DNA of 21,846 nucleotides from a virus (Duplodnaviria; Heunggongvirae; Uroviricota; Caudoviricetes): IMG/VR virus record IMGVR_UViG_2711768075_000012, positions 1 to 21,846 of that record; one strand, 5' to 3'. Shown piece by piece: positions 15,827 to 21,846 of this stretch (position 1 is its first letter; each line of letters starts with the position of its first letter). The notes under the pieces were generated by a model. It saw only the letters and a program-made list of their open reading frames with translations, ran no database searches and was not told where the DNA came from. The position numbers and the translations under genes were made by a program.

Positions 15827-16003
15827 TTAACGGATAAAGGTATTCAAGCCTGACACATCATGCGCTGTATCGTCGCCGTATTCCCGTATTAACAGAGACC
15901 GTAGCCCGACGGGGAACTCCTTCTGCGAGAGTGTGCGGGAATAATCAAAAACGATGCACACCGGGTTTTTACCGCGTTTATGGTTCGCGGGTTTGTCCCT
16001 CAT
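15827..16003 (-). CDS. hypothetical small protein, 57 aa
   Basis: Manual reverse-strand translation from the ATG (plus cat at 16001-16003) to the stop (plus tta at 15827-15829): MRDKPANHKRGKNPVCIVFDYSRTLSQKEFPVGLRSLLIREYGDDTAHDVSGLNTFIR. Weak RBS. Convergent with the lysis operon. Confidence 0.25.
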   Translation of the reverse strand: MRDKPANHKRGKNPVCIVFDYSRTLSQKEFPVGLRSLLIREYGDDTAHDVSGLNTFIR

Positions 16004-16159
16004 GCTCGCCAGTCCTGTGCGGGGGTGGAAGAAACAGGATACTCACACAGATTCTTGTGGGCACGATGCTATTCCTTTCTGGATTATCCCGATGCCATTC
16101 ATGCAAGGCGCTGTATCAGACGTTCGTCATGGCTGTCAGGCTGACGGGTCCTCCCGGTG

Positions 16160-16360
16160 GGGTGGCCTGCCACGGGGCGGGAGCGGCGCGGAAAAAGGCT
16201 AGTTTTTGAAATTTCATTCGTCATCACCACTACTGTAATGCATTGATATTGCATTAGTTTTATTTTTATGGTGTCGATTTTGATTGTTTTTTGTTCATCA
16301 CTAACACCGTTTGCCTAAAGTTGTTCGCAAGATGCATGTTTAAAACATTCTGGAGCGGGT
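16160..16360. other. candidate cos region (cosN-like G-rich core plus AT-rich cosB-like segment) upstream of the terminase small-subunit gene
   Basis: acggggcgggagcggcgcgg (16172-16191) resembles the lambda cosN neighbourhood (ACGGGGCGGCGACCTCGCGG, from memory), ~170 bp upstream of the small terminase ATG as in lambda. Followed by AT-rich DNA with a ttcgtcat motif also present in lambda cosB. Confidence 0.35.
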
Positions 16361-16855
16361 ATGGATCAAGAGTTAAAAAATCTGACGCTGAATATCAGTC
16401 AACTGGCGGCACTGTCAGGTGTACATCGCCAGACTGCTGCGGCAAGGCTGCAAAATCTACCCGTTGCAGGGGGGCATGAAAGCAACCTCAAGCTTTATCG
16501 GGTGGTTGATATTGTGTCGGCATTTCTGGCATTACCACCGCCGGTTGCAGAAGGCGAAATGGACGCGCATGAGCGCAAAGCCTGGTATCAGTCTGAACGT
16601 GAGCGTCTTAAGTTCGAACAGGAAACGGCACAACTCATTCCGGCCAGTGATGTCAGACGGGAGTTTGCCATCTGGGCAAAAGCGGTCGTGCAGGTGCTGG
16701 AGACATTACCGGATATTCTTGAACGTGACTGCGGTCTGCAGCCTGCCGCTGTGAGCCGTGTTCAGTCCATTATTGATGATCTGCGCGATCAGATAGCCCT
16801 GCGGGTGACCGAAGCAGGTGCGGATGATGAGGAGGAATTACAGCGGGAGGAGTAA
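16361..16855 (+). CDS. nu1: terminase small subunit (Nu1-like), 164 aa
   Basis: N-terminal HTH-like LNISQLAALSGVHRQTAAARLQNLPVAGG and acidic C-terminus, analogous to lambda Nu1. GGAG RBS. Stop overlaps the large-subunit start. Confidence 0.6.
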   Translation: MDQELKNLTLNISQLAALSGVHRQTAAARLQNLPVAGGHESNLKLYRVVDIVSAFLALPPPVAEGEMDAHERKAWYQSERERLKFEQETAQLIPASDVRREFAIWAKAVVQVLETLPDILERDCGLQPAAVSRVQSIIDDLRDQIALRVTEAGADDEEELQREE

Positions 16856-17850
16856 TGCTGAATCAGGAAACCGCAAAGGCAGCACGAACCGATTCAGGTT
16901 ATATCCTTCGCGCACCGAGACGAATGCGGGTTGCTGATGCCGTTGCTCAGTATATGCGGGTGCCCATGGGGGCAGGGAACTCAGTCCCGTGGGATCCGCT
17001 GGTGGCACCGTATGTTATTGAGCCGATGAACTGCCTGGCCTCGCGTGAATACGACGCAGTGATATTTGTTGGCCCGGCACGAACCGGCAAGACTATCGGC
17101 CTGATTGACGGCTGGGTGATTTACAACGTGATTTGCGATCCTGCTGATATGCTGATCATACAGATGACGGAGGAAAAAGCCCGCGAACACTCCAAAAAAC
17201 GACTCGCCAGAACGTTTCGCGTCAGCCCGGAAGTGGTCAGTCGCCTGAGTCCGAACAAAAATGACAACAACGTTTATGACAGAACATTCCTTGCTGGTAA
17301 CTACCTGAAAATCGGCTGGCCGTCAGTCAATATCATGTCCTCATCAGATTATAAATGCGTCGCGCTAACGGATTATGACCGTTTTCCGGAAGATATTGAT
17401 GGCGAGGGGGATGCTTTCTCTCTTGCCTCAAAACGTACCACAACATTTATGTCCAGTGGTATGACGCTGGTGGAGAGTTCCCCCGGCAGGGATGTGAAGG
17501 ATGTGAAATGGCGACGGACTTCACCGCATGAGGCTCCACCAACCACGGGGATACTGTCGCTCTATAACCGTGGCGATCGCCGTCGCTGGTACTGGCCTTG
17601 TCCACACTGTGGTGAGTATTTTCAGCCCTGCGGCGATGTGGTTGCTGGTTTCCGTGATATTGCCGATCCCGTGCTGGCAAGTGAGGCGGCTTATATTCAG
17701 TGTCCTTCCTGTTCAGGACGGATTATGCCTGAACAAAAACGTGAGCTGAACGGACGTGGGGTCTGGTTGCGGGATGGTGAATCCATCAATGCGGATGGCA
17801 GTCGTTATGGTGATCCCCGACGCTCACGTATTGCGTCATTCTGGATGTAG
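16855..17850 (+). pseudogene. A: terminase large subunit (lambda gpA family), apparently C-terminally truncated at 331 aa
   Basis: Walker A-like VIFVGPARTGKT and the Zn-ribbon-like WPCPHCGEYFQPCGD (compare lambda A ...ACPHCGEE...) identify the N-terminal ATPase half. gpA-family proteins are ~640 aa, but this frame ends at 17848-17850 and is followed by AT-rich DNA and an integrase gene. Confidence 0.55.
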
Positions 17851-18011
17851 GGTACATTTCTTACCTGTTTTTATGTTCTGGTGTCGTTTTGTAGTCTTTT
17901 CAATGAGTTGTGATTTTTTGTGTTTCCTCTCTTTACTTGATAATGAGTTAGTTTATCGCTTGTTATCGACTTGAAAGGACTACATGACGGACTAAAAAAT
18001 GAGGGCGATAG

Positions 18012-19250
18012 ATGCCGGTAAAGCCATTAACCGTGACTGAAGTTAAGGGAATGAAACCACGTGAAAAGGACTATGCCGTTTATGATGGGTTCGGTTTATT
18101 GCTGAATGTGAGTAAAGCTGGTGGGAAAGTGTGGCGTTTCCGTTATAGCCATCCGATAACGAAGAAACGGCAGACATACACGATAGGGCGTTTTCCTGAA
18201 TTCTCACTCGCGGAAGCACGGGAAATACGTGATGAACTTCGGCGAATGATTGCACGTGGAGTTGATCCAGTGACAGAGAAGAAAAATCGTAAAATTGAGA
18301 TGTCACTAAAAAATCTACAAACATTTGAAGCTGTTGCTAATGCATGGATCGCTTTTAAAAAGGGATCGGAATTGCGGAAACCTACGCTGTATAATATCGA
18401 ATATGAAGTATACAAATATCTTGTTCCTTTCTTTGGTAAGTACAGCATAGAGAAAATTACAGCGCCAGTAGCTATTAATGCTCTGGATGCCGTATCCGAT
18501 AAGAATGCGTTGCAAAAAAAATTAATATCAAGATTAAATGAAATTATGAATTACGCTGTAAATTGTGGAGCATTGAAAACGAATCCATTACTTAAGATAA
18601 AAACTGCATTCACAGGAAAGAAAAATAAATCATTAGCTGCACTACCTGTTGAAAGATTGCCTGAATTTCTGAGTTGGTGGGATAGTGTGCCTCATAAGTA
18701 TCAAATAGCTCACAATGCACTTTTATTCCAGATATTGACAATGGTCAGGCCAGGTGAGGCGATTAAAGCAGAGTGGTCCGAGATTGATTTTGATTCTGGC
18801 TTGTGGATTATCCCCGCGCATAAAATGAAATGCCATCGTGAACATGTTGTGCCTCTCTCATCACAGGCTATTAGAATCCTAAGAACAATGCAGAAAATAA
18901 AAAGAGGGCGTTATATATTTTTTTCCTCCAGAACAAAAGATGCTCCTATGGGAAAGAATACTATCAATACCCCAATTGCTGCCAGCAAGTTCAAAGGGAT
19001 TGTAACGTTACACGGTTTTCGTTCGATGTGGAGTACGCTTTTAAATGAGGAGGGTTTTAACCCTGATGTTATTGAGGCTGCATTAGCACATAAAAGTGGT
19101 GATAAAATAAGAGATATTTATAATAGAGCTACTTATTTAGAACAACGCAAAATTATGATGCAATGGGTAGGAGATTTTTTTGATGAGGCGAGAAAAGGGG
19201 TAATTAATAGATCCGGTGGTAAGAAAGGTTTGAGAATAGTAAATGGTTGA
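18012..19250 (+). CDS. int: tyrosine recombinase / integrase, P4-like (IntA-type), 412 aa
   Basis: N-terminal arm-binding-like LTVTEVKGMKPREKDYAVYDGFGLLLNVSKAGGKVWRFRY. C-terminal catalytic region with HGFRSMWSTLLNE and AHKSGDKIRDIYNRATY (R..H..R..Y-type residues). GAGGG RBS. Confidence 0.8.
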   Translation: MPVKPLTVTEVKGMKPREKDYAVYDGFGLLLNVSKAGGKVWRFRYSHPITKKRQTYTIGRFPEFSLAEAREIRDELRRMIARGVDPVTEKKNRKIEMSLKNLQTFEAVANAWIAFKKGSELRKPTLYNIEYEVYKYLVPFFGKYSIEKITAPVAINALDAVSDKNALQKKLISRLNEIMNYAVNCGALKTNPLLKIKTAFTGKKNKSLAALPVERLPEFLSWWDSVPHKYQIAHNALLFQILTMVRPGEAIKAEWSEIDFDSGLWIIPAHKMKCHREHVVPLSSQAIRILRTMQKIKRGRYIFFSSRTKDAPMGKNTINTPIAASKFKGIVTLHGFRSMWSTLLNEEGFNPDVIEAALAHKSGDKIRDIYNRATYLEQRKIMMQWVGDFFDEARKGVINRSGGKKGLRIVNG

Positions 19251-19262
19251 GGAGTTCAGCAA

Positions 19263-19466
19263 ATGAATACCAATGAAGATATTTTATTTACTAAAGACGT
19301 AATGAAAATTTTGCGCTATGGGGCAATGAGCGCATTCATCAATTTCTGGAAAGATGAAAATAATGGTTTTCCTCAACCGTTCAGAATTGGGCGGCGGCAT
19401 ACCTGGCACCGTAGAGATGTAGAGGCATGGTTAGATAAACAACGAGAACAGGCCAATCCCCACTAA
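19263..19466 (+). CDS. alpA: AlpA-family HTH regulator / excisionase-like protein, 67 aa
   Basis: ILFTKDVMKILRYGAMSAFINFWKDENNGFPQPFRIGRRHTWHRRDVEAWL fits the AlpA pattern. Located directly after int, as in P4/CP4-57-type islands and PICIs. GAGGAG RBS. Confidence 0.6.
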   Translation: MNTNEDILFTKDVMKILRYGAMSAFINFWKDENNGFPQPFRIGRRHTWHRRDVEAWLDKQREQANPH

Positions 19467-19480
19467 TAATATCTTTCATA

Positions 19481-19506
19481 CCCCGCACGCAATGCGGGGT
19501 TTTTTG
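19481..19506 (+). terminator. rho-independent terminator after alpA
   Basis: ccccgca-cgcaa-tgcgggg followed by ttttttgt. Confidence 0.65.
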
Positions 19507-19524
19507 TATGTGAGGTAAAAAACG

Positions 19525-20106
19525 ATGAATAAAAATATTGCCGTGACGGGCAAGGGGTACGCTCGTTCAGTAAAAAAATTCTGCGATATTCGTGATCTTG
19601 TCGTTCTGCGCTTTGATGGCGTGGATGTTCGTGTGGTGTATCTGAACGGCGATCCGTGGTTTGTTGCAAAGGATGTTTGTGAAGCTCTGGAAATAAGCAA
19701 CTCACGCGATGCTCTAAAAGCTCTGGATGTGGATGAGAAGAATACCGTCGCTTTAAGCTACGGTATTCGCGGAAATCCAAATCATAGCGTCGTTTCTGAA
19801 TCTGGTTTTTACAAGCTGATCGCCAGAAGTCGCAAAGCTGTTACTCCTGGCACGTTCGCCCATCGTTTCAGTAACTGGGTATTCAGGAATGTGATACCAG
19901 GTATCAGAAAAACGGGGGCTTATGGTATCCCGTGGGGTGCATTACAGGATTTTTCCCGCCGTAAAGAGCAATATCAAATAAGTGCCAGCGAGAAGGGGAG
20001 GGAGCTACAGGCATGTAAGCGCAAAAAGCGTGAGCTGGAGGAAGAAGAAAAAAGGCTGATACGTGAATATCAGCCTGAGTTTTACTTTGGTGAGCGTATT
20101 CAGTAA
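19525..20106 (+). CDS. Bro-N domain protein (antirepressor-like N-terminal domain), 193 aa
   Basis: VRVVYLNGDPWFVAKDVCEALEISNSRDALKALDVDEKNTV ... ESGFYKLIARSRKAVTPGTFAHRFSNWVFRNVIPGIRKTGAY matches the Bro-N/Ant N-terminal domain pattern. C-terminus is a charged coiled-coil-like tail. Confidence 0.6.
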   Translation: MNKNIAVTGKGYARSVKKFCDIRDLVVLRFDGVDVRVVYLNGDPWFVAKDVCEALEISNSRDALKALDVDEKNTVALSYGIRGNPNHSVVSESGFYKLIARSRKAVTPGTFAHRFSNWVFRNVIPGIRKTGAYGIPWGALQDFSRRKEQYQISASEKGRELQACKRKKRELEEEEKRLIREYQPEFYFGERIQ

Positions 20107-20281
20107 CCACGCGCATTGCTGATTATACGATACATCGTGTTAACCGGGAAGCTCCCCACCAGCAAGGCAAAATCTTCTGCTAAAAAATGACATATGAGCA
20201 GCCGTCCTGAAAGCATGAAGTTTTGCAGGAATAGATGCTGCAGTTCTTTATTTTATCAATTGGACTTTAGATAAAAGTAAA

Positions 20282-20313
20282 GGCGACCGAGGTGGTCGCC
20301 AGTTTTATTTTTA
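20282..20313. terminator. bidirectional terminator between convergent genes
   Basis: ggcgacc-gaggt-ggtcgcc flanked by T-rich sequence on the plus side (agttttatttttat) and, as the complement, on the minus side. Confidence 0.55.
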
Positions 20314-20322
20314 TATTTTTCC

Positions 20323-20766
20323 CTATTGCATCAACAATGAATGTCTTATCCACATTACGAGGGATGGAATAATTTTTATGTATCCGCCATATGCCCATAT
20401 AATGGTGCCAAAAACAGTTAGTCCAACCCCGAGTACTTCAGCTTTTATTTCCTCTCTGACCTCAACTCGAGCTTTAGCTAAGTTTTCTTCTCGTATCTTT
20501 TGTGATTCTTCCGCAGACAATGGCGGGCCAGTTACGCCACTGCGTGAATTAATTTCAGCTTCGCGATTAGATAATTTTTTTAAAGTTGTGAACTTGATTG
20601 TATACAACAATCCAAAAACTGAAATAATTGCACCTGAGCTGGCGAATAGATTCATATCATTAAGATATTGGCCGAACAAAAAGCTTGCTCCACAAAAAAC
20701 ACATAATATGGCAATGGATGTTTTTGCACCGAGTATTTTTAGTAATATTGTTCTAAATCTCTTCAT
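20323..20766 (-). CDS. hypothetical membrane protein with three predicted TM segments and a central charged region, 147 aa
   Basis: Hydrophobic stretches TSIAILCVFCGASFLFG, ASSGAIISVFGLLYTI and VLGVGLTVFGTIIWAYGGYI around a charged linker (SAEESQKIREENLAKARVEVREEIKAE). Downstream of and co-oriented with the RHH gene. Confidence 0.5.
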   Translation of the reverse strand: MKRFRTILLKILGAKTSIAILCVFCGASFLFGQYLNDMNLFASSGAIISVFGLLYTIKFTTLKKLSNREAEINSRSGVTGPPLSAEESQKIREENLAKARVEVREEIKAEVLGVGLTVFGTIIWAYGGYIKIIPSLVMWIRHSLLMQ

Positions 20767-20797
20767 TGTTAATATATCCTATCATAGAAGTAGTAAT

Positions 20798-20992
20798 TCA
20801 CCCCTTAGGTTCGATACCGCGCCGCTTTAGTTCGGAGCGCCCTAACTCTTTAAGCCAGTTAGCAAGGCTTACACCATCATTATTAGCCTCGCTATCAAAC
20901 TGTTCTTTCAGTTCTGGAGCTATACGCATATGGAAAGGGGGAGCCTTTCCTGTCCCTTTGGGTTTTTTATCGCGTTTAATTATTGTTGACAT
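20798..20992 (-). CDS. Arc/MetJ-type ribbon-helix-helix DNA-binding protein, 64 aa
   Basis: PPFHMRIAPELKEQFDSEANNDGVSLANWLKELG fits the RHH beta-strand/helix pattern of Arc-like repressors (compare P22 Arc PQFNLRWPREVLDLVRKVAEENGRSVNSEIYQRV, from memory). Its start codon abuts a palindromic operator. Confidence 0.55.
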   Translation of the reverse strand: MSTIIKRDKKPKGTGKAPPFHMRIAPELKEQFDSEANNDGVSLANWLKELGRSELKRRGIEPKG

Positions 20993-21050
20993 GTGTACAC
21001 CTATGGCGTTATGTTTTCATTCGATAGGTGTACACATTAACACGTGTGCA
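20985..21050. promoter_or_regulatory. divergent promoter/operator region: 14-bp inverted repeat ATGTGTACACCTAT ... ATAGGTGTACACAT (19-bp spacer) plus palindromes GTGTACAC and ACACGTGT; -35-like TTGACA at 20985-20990
   Basis: Left arm 20991-21004, right arm 21024-21037. TTGACA, then 17 bp, then TTATGT gives a plausible rightward promoter whose spacer is the left operator arm. The RHH start codon (minus) lies at 20990-20992. Confidence 0.5.
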
Positions 21051-21131
21051 TTTAATAACGCAACGCCCCGCAGTGCTGGAACACATGCAGGGCGTCTAAC
21101 CACCAACGATAGCAACAGTATCGAGGTAGCT

Positions 21132-21335
21132 ATGTTAAATCATACCACACACCCGCAAGGGCGGGACTCGCACGACCTGAATAAATACATCTGGCGTTTT
21201 ATCGCCCTGAGCACCGCACAACCGCGCGTGATTCACATCGTGGCCAGCAGCGAACAGGAAGCACGCCAGCAATCCCCGGCTGGCTGCGTGATGGTATTCG
21301 CCGCCCGTATTCGTCAGGGGGTGTGCCATGCCTGA
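21132..21335 (+). CDS. hypothetical small protein, 67 aa
   Basis: ATG at 21132 with a GAGGT RBS. Transcribed divergently from the RHH gene, from the operator region. Translation MLNHTTHPQGRDSHDLNKYIWRFIALSTAQPRVIHIVASSEQEARQQ.... Confidence 0.4.
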   Translation: MLNHTTHPQGRDSHDLNKYIWRFIALSTAQPRVIHIVASSEQEARQQSPAGCVMVFAARIRQGVCHA

Positions 21336-21648
21336 TATGTCAAATTACCAGTACCTGATTAATCCGCATTTTAACTGTGAGCATGATATTGCTAAAAAGG
21401 TTTATTCCGCTGCGGATGGGGCTACTGACAATATATCAATGGGTATTGCGTCAATTGGTAGCCTGATGTGGCATGCGTCAGAAAATGAGGACTATGACGA
21501 AAAGGCCATGCGCATTGATATGGGTAATATCGGTTTGTTACTGGCAATGCTTGGACATTTTGATATTTCGTTACGGTGCACCATTGAAAATGCCACAGAT
21601 GCATTAAATGCTATAAAGAAAGCGAATACTGATTCAAATCGGGGATAA
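21328..21648 (+). CDS. hypothetical protein, 106 aa
   Basis: Start overlaps the upstream stop (ATGCCTGA). AGGGGG RBS. No recognisable motif. Confidence 0.4.
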   Translation: MPDMSNYQYLINPHFNCEHDIAKKVYSAADGATDNISMGIASIGSLMWHASENEDYDEKAMRIDMGNIGLLLAMLGHFDISLRCTIENATDALNAIKKANTDSNRG

Positions 21649-21654
21649 ATAATC

Positions 21655-21846
21655 ATGAGAACGTATTTATCTGGCTTGACTGCCAGCGGTTATGCACACC
21701 CCCAAATTATCCCCGGCGCTATTTATCTGGATAAGAACGGTAACAGAGTAACGGTAAAAGAACTGATGTTTGACCGTGTGTATTTTATCCGTGATGGCTA
21801 TTCATTTCTTAGTTCGCTGAACGTGGAGATCTTTATTTGCAGATTC
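21655..21846 (+). CDS. hypothetical protein, 5' portion only (runs off the window end)
   Basis: ATG at 21655, six nt after the upstream stop. Open to the window edge (MRTYLSGLTASGYAHPQIIPGAIYLDKNGNRVTVKELMFDRVYF...). Confidence 0.3.
   Translation, partial: MRTYLSGLTASGYAHPQIIPGAIYLDKNGNRVTVKELMFDRVYFIRDGYSFLSSLNVEIFICRF

Larger units (their letters stand above)
17851..21846 (+). mobile_element. left portion of an integrase-bearing integrative element (P4-type int, AlpA, Bro-N, RHH/membrane-protein module); right end outside the window
   Basis: Starts at the terminase truncation point with 160 bp of AT-rich DNA, then a tyrosine recombinase and accessory genes with AT-rich composition and its own terminators and operators. 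Confidence 0.5.

Noticed and set aside
15931-16209. Plus-strand ORFs of 92 and 82 aa (15931-16209 and 15954-16202)
   Set aside because: Cys/Gly/Arg-rich low-complexity translations with no RBS. They run through the G-rich cos-like region and overlap the better-supported minus-strand small ORF; likely chance open frames in GC-rich DNA.
19463-20116. Minus-strand ORFs inside the Bro-N gene (19463-19780, 19476-19700, 19904-20116)
   Set aside because: Antisense to a gene with a recognisable Bro-N domain, with His/Arg/Pro-rich non-protein-like translations.
1-21846. CRISPR array or other long tandem repeat
   Set aside because: No regularly spaced direct repeats of 24-48 bp were seen. The only periodic repeats are the six 23-bp iterons inside the O-like gene, which are an origin, not a CRISPR array.

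Overview
This window reads as an enterobacterial lambdoid prophage, followed on the right by the start of a second integrase-bearing element. All calls are from motif recognition and manual translation; no searches were run. Left to right: a minus-strand early-left operon (PD-(D/E)xK nuclease-like moron, AlpA-like, HD-hydrolase, two conserved prophage proteins); a CI-like repressor divergent from a Cro-like gene with a palindromic operator; a plus-strand replication/nin block (CII-like, Rha, O-like initiator with six internal ~23-bp iterons, PerC-like, Dam-like methyltransferase, LexA-DBD-like, RusA, KilA-N, DUF968/HNH-like, antiterminator Q); a moron cluster between Q and lysis (AT-rich 205-aa protein with a WYL-like N-terminus whose RBS sits in a perfect 12-bp inverted repeat, a small wHTH-like protein, a beta-class DNA methyltransferase); a lambda-type lysis cassette (S, R, Rz/Rz1); a probable cos region; and terminase small and large subunits. 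The large terminase stops at about half length at 17850 and is followed by a P4-type integrase, AlpA-like gene, Bro-N protein, and an Arc-like RHH gene plus a 3-TM membrane protein behind a palindromic operator. The best candidates for undescribed function are the Q-downstream WYL-like moron with its hairpin, the RHH/membrane-protein pair, and the left-end nuclease-like moron. No rRNA, tRNA or CRISPR array was found.
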